Positions 49,548 through 62,192 of a DNA stretch of 64,000 nucleotides are shown one piece after another. Both the position numbers and the translations under genes were made by a program. Source of the stretch: Negaprion brevirostris (Eukaryota); the NCBI GenBank assembly GCA_030324005.1, contig JARDVH010000132.1, positions 64,061,434-64,125,433 on the forward strand, written 5' to 3'. Positions within the stretch are counted from its first letter, which is position 1. Each line of letters begins with the position of its first letter. Under the pieces are notes generated by a model that was not told the origin of the DNA, did not search any database, and was given only the letters and a program-made list of their open reading frames with translations.

Positions 49548-50173
49548 NNNNNNNNNNNNNNNNNNNNNNNNNNNNNNNNNNNNNNNNNNNNNNNNNNNNN
49601 NNNNNNNNNNNNNNNNNNNNNNNNNNNNNNNNNNNNNNNNNNNNNNNNNNNNNNNNNNNNNNNNNNNNNNNNNNNNNNNNNNNNNNNNNNNNNNNNNNNN
49701 NNNNNNNNNNNNNNNNNNNNNNNNNNNNNNNNNNNNNNNNNNNNNNNNNNNNNNNNNNNNNNNNNNNNNNNNNNNNNNNNNNNNNNNNNNNNNNNNNNNN
49801 NNNNNNNNNNNNNNNNNNNNNNNNNNNNNNNNNNNNNNNNNNNNNNNNNNNNNNNNNNNNNNNNNNNNNNNNNNNNNNNNNNNNNNNNNNNNNNNNNNNN
49901 NNNNNNNNNNNNNNNNNNNNNNNNNNNNNNNNNNNNNNNNNNNNNNNNNNNNNNNNNNNNNNNNNNNNNNNNNNNNNNNNNNNNNNNNNNNNNNNNNNNN
50001 NNNNNNNNNNNNNNNNNNNNNNNNNNNNNNNNNNNNNNNNNNNNNNNNNNNNNNNNNNNNNNNNNNNNNNNNNNNNNNNNNNNNNNNNNNNNNNNNNNNN
50101 NNNNNNNNNNNNNNNNNNNNNNNNNNNNNNNNNNNNNNNNNNNNNNNNNNNNNNNNNNNNNNNNNNNNNNNNC

Positions 50174-50240
50174 TGTTGGACTTTAACCTGTGTGACTTCT
50201 TACTGTGTTTACCCCAGTCCAACGCCAGCATCTCCACATC
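50174..50240 (+). repeat. 32853-type repeat end
   Basis: ctgttggactttaacctg...ccccagtccaacgccagcatctccacatc. Confidence 0.8.
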
Positions 50241-50639
50241 TTCTCCTGCCAGTTATGTCTCACTCAGTGTGCCAATGTCAATGTTTCTGGGCTATGATGG
50301 CTGTGTGACATTCAGGCATGTTGTTGTTGGGGATGTCCATAAGAGTCCTGATGTTTCAGGCCCTGAAATTTATTTGGGTGGGTGAGTGGGGTGGGGTTGA
50401 GATGGACAATGCCTGTGTGTGGATTTTTAAACGTGGGGTGGTCAATGCCACCAAGCAGCATAGTCCAAGTGGAGGGAGCTCTTGGCTCAGTGACAGGGAA
50501 GTCTGAGACAAATGGAGAGCAGGCTCTGCTGTAAGATGGGCACTAATAAACACACATCACACTCTGAGCATCTGCTGCTTGTCACTGACCTCTCCTTTAA
50601 AGGGTGAACTCATTTTTTCTCTCTTGTACCTTGTAGTCT

Positions 50640-50845
50640 TGCCCCATTGCTACTCCTATCACCCCACTGCTCCTCACACACCACTGCTTCTCTTGCCCCT
50701 GCTTGTGCTCCTCTTTTTGCCCCACTGCTTCTCCTCTCGCCCCACTTCTCTTCTTGCCCTTTTCTCTCCATGCTGTTTCTCTCTTTGAAACTGCTCTCCC
50801 TTCCCACTTGATTTTCCACCCTTCTTTGTGCTGTTTCTCTCTCTC
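50640..50845 (+). repeat. Degenerate CT-rich minisatellite (ccccactgcttctcctct-like units)
   Basis: Recurrent ccccactgct units about 20 bp apart. Confidence 0.6.
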
Positions 50846-52035
50846 AGTAATGATAATGATCTCTAGACAACATTGCCACACATATTGCAAGAATACCCTA
50901 CAACCAATTCCAATCTCCGATGTCAGCACTACATAGAAGAACTCCACTGGAAATGGGTTTCGTTTCAATTCAGATGGTTGCTACCAAATTAATAAGTTAC
51001 GCAAATTCAGATCAGTAGGAGATCCAATGTTTGTGTACCTGTCAGTTTATCATTTTGAGCACTAACAATATCAGATGTTGACACAACTCATACGATCCTA
51101 CCTTTCTGGATAAAGTAGCCTACTTGACTGAGCAGTCAGTGAGGAAACATGAAATAATGGTCTTTTGAAAGCAAAATACTCTGACTACTAAGAGAGAATC
51201 AGAAATAACAGGCTAACCATGGAGATGGAAAACAAGAATTTAGATTGCTTTCAGGTCCTGAATCCGTCTCCAGTGGAAAATTGATTAACCAGCTGCTGTA
51301 CAAGATAGTTCACTGACAAATAGCTTCAAAAAGAAGGTGCCCTTCAAACAATTTTTTAAAAACATTAACTAAAAACCACAAAAGGCAGCCAAGCAACTAT
51401 TGTTAGGCATGGGAGGGCCACTCTACAGGGCATGTGTAGTTGTCCACTCTATCCAAGAAGGCAGTGAAGGCCTGTAGGGCACAGAAGCAGCGCAGCATGT
51501 CTTTGGGTGCCCTTGTCAGGCAGTTGAGCTTCCCTCCCATTGTGTTGTGAAACTAGAGGCCAACTGGAAAATTCCAATTCCTTGAACCCTACTCAACAAG
51601 GCTCTTAATGAACAATATTGCCACAGTTATCATGAATAAAGGTGACCTTCCCAGACCCCCAGAAAATATCTGACATCAAGAGCAGGGTTAGGAGGCAGAT
51701 ACACAGGCTGGTCTTGTAATTTTCAGGCTCCTTCAGCCTCCATTCCATGTGTCAGCAGGGCCCAAAATCTTGCCCACTGTTTCAGTTGAATGACCAATCA
51801 ATCCATCTCCTTCCCTTCCAGAACTTGCTCATAAGCCAAAGTGGTCAGCTTAAAGGAGCATAGACATTGAAGAGCAAGTCAATCACCTGTCATTTTGGGT
51901 GATAATAATATGCAGGCAAAGTTGCTACATATGATGAACTGTCAAATTAATAAGAAAGTTAACAAAGAAACTAAAATTAAGGTGAAATGTTAATTTTTGA
52001 ATTTAAAGATGGGATTTAAAAGAGATTGTCAACAT

Positions 52036-52772
52036 GGGTGGAATCTTCTACTCTCGCCAAAGGTGAAGAAGGAGGTGGGGGTATATCTGCAAATTTGGTG
52101 AGTTAACATTCAGACTGATACCTGATGCCTCCTACCTTCGCTAGAATTAACTTCAAGGTGGAAACGCCCATGGTGGACTTTTCCACCCCACCTCCATTTG
52201 AGAGCCTTAAAGTGAACAGTTAACAACAACTTGAGGAACTTTTTCATCTCCATTGCAATTTTCTCAGCTCCAGACAGACCTGCCAACATGCTGCCTGTGT
52301 GACTGGTTAAACTGTGTGTGTTGTACATCAGCTGGTGAGAGGGAGGGGGGAGNNNNNNNNNNCCCAGGCCTTGGTCTGTGGTAATATGTGTACAATCGAG
52401 GACATGGTGTAATGAGTGACTACTGACAGCCACCGCCCCATTCTTGCTTTGGAAGTTTCTGATCCTCTTTCAATCCCCACCCTGAGAAACCACCCCTCCC
52501 TCCATTACTTAGCTTTCTCTTGCATCCTGCAACTCTGAAGGATGCTGTTCCGATAGCAGCCACAGCCTCCTCGATGGGCGCTGTGAATCACATGAGCCAT
52601 CACCTTCAGATTAGATTTGCTTCATTGACCTAATATCCGGCCTGCCTTCCAAAGAATAGGCAGCACGAGTCTCCCCTTAAAACTGGGGACTTGGGTTAGA
52701 GGGTGTTGCATGCAGTAGCGTCATACAGCCACAGATTAGCGCTGGTTCACTGGCTGTCAAGAAACCTGCCCT
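52036..52772. mobile_element. Non-autonomous Harbinger-like element
   Basis: gggtggaatctt ... aagaaacctgccc termini. Confidence 0.5.
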
Positions 52773-54949
52773 TTTTGCAGTCTTGTGGAGCCCATGGACT
52801 ATGAGTATGTTAATTATTTTGGGCTGCACTTTTTAATGACTTAAAAAAATCTTTTGTTACTGTTCTGTTTGCACTTTAGCCCCACGCTCCTGATCTGCAG
52901 AATCCAGAGCAGAGGCGGGTGAGGAAGGAGGAGGATCCCCTCGCCAACCTGTTCCTGGGCCTAACCAATATTGTCTTCAACAGGTCCAGGCAGCGAGCAA
53001 CTGAGGGGGTAGTCTGACCTGGCTGTCTGCCCCTCTACCGTGCCTCTATTTGTGGCCACGTGTCCCTGGAGAGGGAGCATGCGTTGTCCACAGGCACCAT
53101 TGAGGCCTTCTGTACTCACTGAGCACCGCAGGGACTGGAGTGTGTTATTGACTCCTTCAATCAGCTTTGGATTTGATGCTTTAAGTTTCATTTCTGCTTT
53201 GTTTTTGTTTCAGATGGTCCCCCTTTAAGAGGGTGGCCCTTCTTGCCTTGTCCCTCAGTTTATCTAATTTAGTTTAATTGGTTTTCCTAAAAGAATGACA
53301 GCGTGCTCTTCAGCTGGCTGGCAACACCCTTGCCAGCAATGAAAGATACTGTTCTGTGTACCTACAGGAAACATTTTTTTGCAGCCTAGGGACAAATGAA
53401 TAAAAATCAAAGGTAAAGTACAATAAAATGCAATTCAATACCAAATGTAATGCTACAATGTTGACTCTTTGGCCTTTCAATAATAAGAATCATCTGTAAT
53501 AACAGTATATTCTCCATTTTTCACCTTGTTCTTTGTGATTTTACCATTATTCTCAACCTCCATCATTCACTTTTCAGTTATTAGTACTCTTTCCCATCTT
53601 CTCTAGTGAAAATAACATGAAAGACCTGCCTCAGAAACGGCACTTACATTTAACCAGCAAAATTCATCAAATCTTTCAATGTATTTTTAGCTGTAAAACT
53701 AATGACCCTGAGATAATCATACTTGTCATTTATTCTCTTGTTGCAGATAAGTATGTCACTTGTTCTTTTTTTAAATGGATGGTAGAACATTTCTCATTAA
53801 AACTCAAAGGGATTGTCAGCATCTTTTTTTCACAAGATTTCATTGTTTTGATGGTTATTCTGAAAGACAAATTTGCTACATTCTATATTGTCGTACAACG
53901 TGTTGCCTGACCGATGTTGGACTCAAGACTAAACACACAAGGTGACATGTCTTATCTGCAGTAGGGCAAATGCTCTGAGGGTGATCTTAGGGCACTGATG
54001 AGGCGGTACGTCAGGCCGCATGAGGCACACATTGAAATCAGGTCACTCACAGAGTTTTTCAACTTCGGGCAAGCCTCTTCTCCGATGTTTGGTTTGCCTC
54101 TCTGAAATGGTTTCCTTGACTGATTCAAGAGGCTACTCAAAGAGGGATTATTGTGAATAATAAAAACAGGAAAACACTCAGTGGTTCCAGTAGCATCTGT
54201 GCATTGAGAAAGAGAATTAATCCTTTAAGCCAATGACATTTTGACAGAACCCTTGACATGACCAGTTTAGATTGAATTTGAAATTGTCTTCCCTTGATTT
54301 TGATTCCCACAAGATGTAAAACAAATGAATTAATCCTTTCTCCCCAAACCAATAAAGCAGAAATCAGACAAAGAATCATGAAGGAGCAACTAATCATTGA
54401 ATTTAAAACCCCAATTTAAGGTAAATTACGAGATGTCCAAGTACTGGATAGATGTTGTTTAGTTTCTCTTGCAGTTTCAGTGCAGATTGTTAGTGGACAG
54501 AATTACTTAAATGTGTAACAATAATTACACAAGTCATTCAGACTATCACCATAAATTAGCATTCATAGACTCTGTATTAATTATGGCGGTAATCAGAATC
54601 CAAGCTTATTGCAATTAGTGGGGTTCTTTTAAAGTGGAATTCCATATAACATTACCTTAATGTCTGATTACCTGCCTCTGCCTTCTCCATCCATCCATTC
54701 ACACCAAATTTTCTTTTAAGGTTCCCCCTGCCCTAGTCCTGAATTCACATATTTCTCTTGATTCTCTCCAATCTCCCCTCATACCCTCTCCAAGTTCAAC
54801 TTATCCAAGGAACCCAACTTCTATTCCCTCAACTTTATATCATCAAACTATGGACCAAAAGTTCAAAGAGATAGGTTTCAAGTAGTATCTTATAGGACAA
54901 AGGCAAGGAGGAAAGGCGGAAAGCTGAGGAAGTTCCAGAGCTTAAAGAT

Positions 54950-55248
54950 TAGTTTATTTATTAGCGTCACATGTATGATTACATTAACACTGCAATGAAG
55001 TTACTGTGAAAATTCCCCTTGTTGCCACACTCCGGCACCTGTTCAGGTACTCAGAGAGAATTTAACATGGCCAATGCACCAAAGCAGCACATTTTTTGGA
55101 CTGTAGAGGAAACCAGAGTGCCCAGAAGAAACCCATGCAGACAAGGGGGCGAATGTGCAAACTCCGCACAGAGAGTGACCCAAGCTAGGAATTGAACCTG
55201 GGTCCCTGGCGCTGTGAGGCAAAGTGCTAACCACTGTGCTATCATGCC
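54950..55248 (-). mobile_element. HE1-type V-SINE with alternative tail, nested in an L2 remnant
   Basis: Same structure as 30423-30724. Confidence 0.9.
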
Positions 55249-55459
55249 ATCTACAGGCAATTGAAGATGTAGCTGCCAGTTGTGGACCACTTAAGATCAG
55301 GGAAGCTCAAAAGGAGAGAATGAAATGAGACTTGTAGAGTTGGAGGACATTACAAAGATAGGCAGTGGCGAGCCCATGGAGAGATTTGATTAATCAGAAG
55401 CCACTCTAGGCTCACTGGGACTGTCAGCAGATCACCAGGACTGTCAGCAGCCTCCAGTA

Positions 55460-56612
55460 GTCCTTCCAGCAACTGGTTGATCAGGAAGAACTGTTGGAGT
55501 AAGCTGCAGAGGTTCAGGAGGAAAGGCTGACTGGACAGCTGGATGCCATAAACAAGAAGATCATGAAGCTGAGCAACTTCTTGACGCAAAATGGTGCCAA
55601 TCTGGAGGAGAAAAAAAAACTGAGGTGCCAGCTGGCCAACAATTTGCCAAGCAAAGGGAGAGTTTGTATCTCAGCTCAAAGGTAGAGGCTTTCAGTGAAG
55701 CTCTGAGGATAAAAACAGACACTGCTCACTCTTGAGATGGAAGTAGGAGCCAAGTGAGAGAGTGTTGAAGCAAGTAGTCGCGCTGAAAGAAGAGTCTGAG
55801 AGGATCAACAATTGGAAAGCTTCTTTTTCATGTAGTACAAGACAGTATTGGCTAAGAAGGAGACTGAACTGGAGTTACTCACTCAATAGATTCAGGCTTT
55901 AAAAGGTAATCAGTTGGACACAGAAGATTTAAAGAGCAAGAGGCACAAACTGATGTAGAAGTTACAAGCATTGGGCACTGAAGTTGTGAAGTGAACCCCC
56001 AAAACCTGAGTATCCAACCTGCCTGCGCAACCCACAAGCAGAGCCATTCTGATGAGATTGCATCTCTTAAAACACAGTTACTGGAGACTGGAGGCACCCT
56101 GGAAGAAGCTTGGAAGTTGGCTGATAAGCAGAAGGCCATGCTGGGTGAGATGACCATTGAGATGCTGCAGGAGAAAACTCAACACAAGGAGAATATCTGC
56201 AATGTGAAGCTGCAGCATGAGAAGGAAGTGCTGGGAACTCATGCCAAGTGTGAGAAGGAAGCTCGGATGTTGCACAAACAAAAGAACGGATTAGTGGAAA
56301 AACTTTGCCAGCAAATACAGTAATGGAAAGATAAAAATTTGGTTCAAGAGGTGTCGGAAGAAAGCAGAGGAGATAATTGAGAGGAGGGATTAGGAACATA
56401 AGAAGCAGCTTAAAAAACTGGGGGAAGAGCACGGGGCAGACTTACATGCAAAGGAGCAGGATGCAGAAACTATTTGAGTGGTGCTAGATTGCACAGAGAT
56501 TGAGGGGGATCAACACAGGGAGACCACCACCTGACTCCACCAGGAAATCAAGGATATAGTGGACAGACAAAGAATACTGGAGGATGAAAGGAATTTTGCA
56601 CTAAAGAGCCTC
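55460..56612 (+). pseudogene. GRIPAP1: GRIPAP1 (GRASP-1)-like processed pseudogene
   Basis: LEEAWKLADKQKAMLGEMTIEMLQEKTQHKENICNVKLQHEKEVLG versus recalled GRIPAP1 [57 protein letters not shown] versus WFERRLKEAEE; QEIKDIVDRQRILE..ALKSL versus QEVKDTVDGQRILE..ALKDL; no introns, multiple stops. Confidence 0.9.
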
Positions 56613-57094
56613 TTCCAGTGATATATAACTAAAGAGGAGATGGATCCCCATTACATTGCCCAAAGATAGACAGCAGAAACCAAGGTGGTTGAATCAGCAA
56701 CCAAAAAGTTTGAAAGAAGGATATCTTGTCTTGCTAGCACAGTCAAAAAGTACAGCAACTGAAAAGGTACATGTGAAGGTGTAAGTTTTGATCAAGGGAC
56801 AGAAGGGGTTGAACTTGTGTAGACAATGGGGTGTGAGCTATCTACTGTAGAAAAGGACAAACCACCAGTTGAAGAGGCTGAATTCAGCAAAACTTCACAC
56901 ATAATGAACTAGTCCAGGACAACCAATTTTGTGTGTTGGCCAAACCTTAAAAAAAAGCGTGAATTCCACAAATGGCTGTGAAGACCTTGATCTGTGTTCA
57001 TTTTAATTAGGTATTCACCAGAGGCTTGATACTGTCTGTCATCCAAATGCCGAAAGTCACATGATCTGTGGCAGCTAACTTAACTGAAAATTCA

Positions 57095-57200
57095 TGGTAT
57101 AGAAATTGGAAGCAAGAGTAGGCATTTGGCTCTTCGAGCCTGCTTAGCCATTCATTTTGATCATGGCTGATCATCGAATTCAATTTCCTGATCCCCCTTC
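57095..57200 (-). mobile_element. CR1 3' tail
   Basis: Reverse strand reads gatcagccatgatc...gcaggctcgaagagccaaatgcctactc. Confidence 0.8.
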
Positions 57201-58877
57201 ATGTCTGTACAGGGCTGGAAATGTGATAATATTTTTACCTACTAGTAAGGGCGTTGGAGAATAAGGATTTTAAATGAGAGATGAATGAGATGGAACGGAG
57301 TTCAAAGGAAGAGTAAGGGGACAGATTATGGTGCGATTTGGTAAATAAGAGCTACTGCACCAGTGCAGTGATCTGGATCAAGCAAGTAGAGGAAGGTCTA
57401 GCCAGATAAGGAGGTTTCAACAGGGGAAATTTATCAACCCACAAGTGATTTGGGATGAATTGAAACTTCAAATGTAAAAAAAAGCGCAATCTCAAACATT
57501 TGCCCGGTTCTGAGCAGATGAGCATTTGATTTCAGGATAAGTCCCTCAATTAATAATTTTACTCAGGCTATATGACTGAGATTTCATCTGTGTTGCAGCA
57601 TTGATACTGGCTGGTTGGATTCCCTCTTCCCTGAGAAACTGGCAGCTAGAGGGAGGTAAGAACTTTTGGATGAAACTCTTGTGGACCAGGAGGAGGAGCC
57701 ACAGCCCCCAGCTCACCAAACTGTATGATTCCAGAATTTGGAATTATAAAACCTTTTTAATTAAAATCTCAATAATAAAACATTTCAAACTCTTAACTTC
57801 TAATGCTAGAGTCCTCAGTTGTGCCTGAACGAACAAAGTATGAATAACTACTATTTACGAATCAAGCTGAAGTTATTAAACAAGATTTTACAAATGTTTA
57901 ATAAACAACAGTGAAGAAAACATGGAAGTCTCTTGTCTCAGTTTCCTGGGACTCCACAAGCAATGGCAAAACAGGCAAAGGCTTTCTCTTCTTCTTTCTC
58001 CGAAGTAACGTTGAATTGTGTCCAGAAGAATCATACCACAGGGGCCATGGTAAAACTGTGTCAACAAAGACTCACGTTTTCCAACTTTTGTTCCCACTTC
58101 TCATTATTCTGGAATCCCTTATTTGGAAATAGTTCAAATTCACTTCTTCCTTTGGTTCAGAGTGCCGATCATCTAGTATCATTCCAGCTCTGTAGCTAGA
58201 GTCATGAGGACTGGAGGCAAATGTCCATCCCTTGCTCCCTGGGTCCTTTTACATTCCATTGTGAACTAATGACACATTTTCTTTGTAACTACTCTGTATC
58301 CAAACAATGTCACATTCTCTTCAACATATTTTAATCCAAGCCTGAAATTAGAGCCATTAGGAATAAAAGTTAATAATACTTCCTACCACGATGTCAAAAG
58401 ACAGGGAAAGATTTCCTTCCAGTGTTCTACCCTACAGACATGGTTAATCAATTGAAACAATGTATGGCTTTTGTTTAAAGGTGGTGGGTGAAATTCTCCC
58501 TTTTTCAAGTTAAATGCCCACACCGGTAAGAAAACAGGAGCATCTCCCATTGGTGCTGGCAGCGTCCGTCAGGTAGGGTTCACCCACTTGAAAGCTGTTG
58601 TTAGGTTCAAGAATTTGCCAACATCTCGTGGTCTGGTACAAGTGTATGAGTTTATTAGCAATTCCTTCTTCCTTGTATGATGTTTACACTCTCCTACTGT
58701 CCTCTCTCTTACTGTCATTATTATACATTATTTCAGAGAACACCCATTTACATTCATTGGCTAATTTCATACATTTGCAGAGGTTCTGACCTCTGATCAT
58801 GCACTGTACATGAGTTAGTGGTCACTGCCAAGGTTAGCTGTTCACAAGCAGAGAATGTACATGCTGGTCTTAGCGTA

Positions 58878-58984
58878 TAAAAGAACAAAGACCAGTACAG
58901 CACAGGAAACAGGCCCTTCGGCCCTCCAAGCCTGTGCCGCTCGTTGGTCCAACTAGACCATTCTTCTGTATCCCTCCATTCCCA
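58878..58984 (-). mobile_element. CR1 3' tail, body in gap
   Basis: Nearly identical to 60740-60840. Confidence 0.85.
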
Positions 58985-59419
58985 NNNNNNNNNNNNNNNN
59001 NNNNNNNNNNNNNNNNNNNNNNNNNNNNNNNNNNNNNNNNNNNNNNNNNNNNNNNNNNNNNNNNNNNNNNNNNNNNNNNNNNNNAAACAGGATTGGTAGT
59101 AGAACACTAAACCTGGCCATCTCGACACTCATTGTGGAGACGGGCCTGGAATTGGCTGCCAACAATTGTAGCTGAGCGATTGGCTGAGATGAGGTTGGAG
59201 TAAGGTCCAGAGTGGTGAGATTCCATGGGTGCATATCTACAATTCCCCCAAACAGTGTTGAAGGACTTGAGGAGGGGATGATGCTGAAAACTGGGGAAGA
59301 TAGATGGAAGGTAGCATTGGATAGTTTGTAACTTTGGAGGCTTGCAGAGTTCAAGGGGGTTGATGTGTCTCCATGTTGAAGGGGCTTAAGGTACAAACAC
59401 TTGTTACCATCTCCCAATG

Positions 59420-60420
59420 GTTTCAGTGTGTACTTTGAGAGTGTGCATTTCTACAAACTCACCTCAAACATGGATGATTTTTTTGTTACCCCCACAGGGG
59501 CAACATTGGCAGCAGAAGCTATTTGCCGAGGTGTATTGATATCCTCTGAGGAGGAAAAGGAAGCTCAGAGGGTGCAAGGTCACCACCTTCTGGATGAGTG
59601 TGTCTCAGCTATACACATTTGTGAAAGCCACATCACAACCACAAAACAAGCTGTCAGAGATTGAAATGGAACATATCCCTCTGACAGTAAGAGGAGCAGA
59701 GACAGCTTAAATGCTGAGCACAAGGCAGGTTACAAGCTTCTGGACCTGTCTGTCAAGCAGCAGATGCTGGGCATGCAGCGCAAAGGCTGTGGAGATGTGG
59801 CAGTAATTCCACAGGTGTTGTCCACACTGGCATGGCCATTGGAGGAGCCCAGACGATGAACTGTGCAACCACCCACTCAATAGAATGCATGGATTTCTTC
59901 ATTGACGGACCAACAGTCATGGAGGGACAAAGCTAGAAGATCACAGATACTGGGTAAGTCTGCTGACCCTGATCCTGAAATTCAGAGCGAGAGTTAGTAT
60001 GAGAAGCTTGGAGTCGCATCCAGTACTGGTTCTTTTCGAGAAAGCAGGGAAAGCCAAATGGACCTCATGGAGGTGGATGAGCAGCTGCTGAAACCATCAG
60101 GGGGCATTAGTACAGACATCTCTGAATGCCACACCAGCAGATGAGTTATTTGCCACTGTGACTTTCACCAGCTGAAACCCTCTCAGCCTCAGGCAACCAG
60201 AGAATGGCCACGAAAGTGATCCTAGTTAAGGAGGAATAAATGTCATTAGCCTCTTTGCAGCATAGATGGCAGTGAGGGAGAATACCATGCTACAGCACCC
60301 AGAAACAAAATCAAGAAAAGTCCACACTAATCACAGTTGGGTGCACATGGGTACTTTTCTTATTTATTACATCTAAACTTTGTTGTAATTTCTTATGAAC
60401 ATAAATAATATTTTGTTTCA
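59420..60420 (+). mobile_element. Probable Harbinger ORF2 3' exon relic
   Basis: LLDLSVKQQMLGMQ parallels SLEFAIRQQILEIW at about 6250-6300. Confidence 0.4.
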
Positions 60421-60739
60421 CGTGATACTCCAGCTGCATTTGTTATTACCTGTGTGTGATGTGATGGTTTTGAATTGGATACATTAGCAGCTGTTATTGG
60501 GAGTTTGTGTTCATTTAGGCCCCTCTGCTCGACATTATTTGTGGACTTCCATTGCCCTAACAGGAGAAAATATCAAGGGCTGAGGAAATGCTAGTGAACT
60601 GAAGACACAATGCTTTAGAATCTTATGTATTTAAGACAATTCCATGTCTCCCTGGCATCCAGACTCTCCTGCAAACTGGCTTCATAACAGTGCAGAAAGA
60701 GGCCACCCAGCCCACCAAGTCTGCACCCACTCTCAAAAC

Positions 60740-61120
60740 AAACGAAGACCAGTACAGCACAGGAAACAGGCTCTTCAGCCCTCCAAGCCTGTGCCGCTCA
60801 TTGGTCCACTAGACCATTCATTTGTATCCCTCCATTCCCAGTCTGCTCATGTGACTATACAGGTAAATCTTAAACGATCCCAGTATGTCGCCTCCACCAC
60901 TCCACTTGGCAGTGCATTCCAGCCCCCACCACCCTCTGTGTAAAAGACATCCCTCTGATGTCTGAGTTATATCTCACCCCTCTCACCTTGAGCCTGTGAC
61001 CTCTCATGATCGTCACCTCCGACCTGGGAAAAAGCTTCCCACTGTTCACCCTATCCATACCCTTCATAATTTTTTACACCTCTATTAGGTCTCCCCTCAT
61101 TCTCCGTTTTTGCAGGGAAA
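60740..61120 (-). mobile_element. CR1 3' end
   Basis: MKGMDRVNSGKLFPRSEVTIMRGHRLKVRG..FTQRVVG plus tail. Confidence 0.92.
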
Positions 61121-61279
61121 TATGATATTGTAACATTTTAACAGCACAAGTAAAACCTGAGACCTTAGCAGGATTTATCCCGTGAGAAAATATTAGTACA
61201 AATACAATGTAGAAAATGTTATAAAAATTATAAAGGAAAAATAAAACAGCTAGTTTCCCATGCTGCTAAATGTGGTCAT

Positions 61280-62192
61280 TTTGGGGAACCCGCCAACCAG
61301 CCCCGCTGTTCAGACATTGGGACAACCTTTAAAAAGGGCCAGATGACCAGTGGGCACGGAGATTAAGGTGACCTGGCCACTTCAAACTTTTCACAGCTGA
61401 CAGGCAGGAATGAAGATGTTGATCACAGGGATGCATGAAATCCAAATGCCAGATGTGACCTTCAGGTTTGCCAGGCCTGGAAGAGGCAGTTGAGCCACAA
61501 TATCCTCATCCCAGGGGACAGTGGCAAGATCAACCCCAGCCCAGAACCTTGAAGGACTCTTTCTCGACAGCCTGGCAGTGGCAGAGGGGCAAATAGCCAT
61601 TGGACCTACCTTCTTGACCCACTTGGAACCCAAGTGCCAGGCTAGGGTGTCAGTGTCAGGGTGCCAAGGGGCAGTTTGCCATTGGCTGAATGAGGGGCCT
61701 GAGGGAAATGAGTAGGGGTTCCAAGGAGGGAGGGTGAGAGTTGAGGAGGGGCTGGGGTCAGGTCAGATCACCCTCATGCCTGCGTGTTGTGGGACAAGGT
61801 GACCCATAATTGAGTAGTGGGGTTTTTGAAGGGTTGGTGGTGCTCCCCTGGACCCACAGGGTCCAGCATGCTAGTTCCCCAGTTGGGATTAGCGATACCA
61901 AAGCCCAACCAGTACCATTCCGGCTGGGAGGCTGGGTGTACGGTGGGGGTTGGTGCATGGGATATCAAACCCACTAATTGCGTTACAATTAGCAAGTTTA
62001 TCTATTTATTGGATTGTCACCTATCGCAGGAGCTGATTGGGGTCGGCACAGCACAAGATAATCAGAATTCTGATTATCTTGATGCCTATCAGGAATCCCG
62101 ATTTTTGATTAATGCCCTATTCTGCAGATTCCTGCCAGCCCCATTCTGCAGGATTCCTATCAGCCATGTTACGAGGCTGGAGAATCCCACCT
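61280..62192. mobile_element. Non-autonomous Harbinger-like element; right TIR visible
   Basis: Ends ggagaatcccacc, similar to the TIRs at 8494 and 46926. Confidence 0.45.

Noticed and set aside
53995-54030. CTGATGA followed by a GCGG/CCGC stem
   Set aside because: Lacks the GAAA half of the hammerhead core.
55991-56323. 110-aa ORF as a functional CDS
   Set aside because: It is an internal stop-free stretch of the GRIPAP1 pseudogene, flanked by in-frame stops and starting at GTG.
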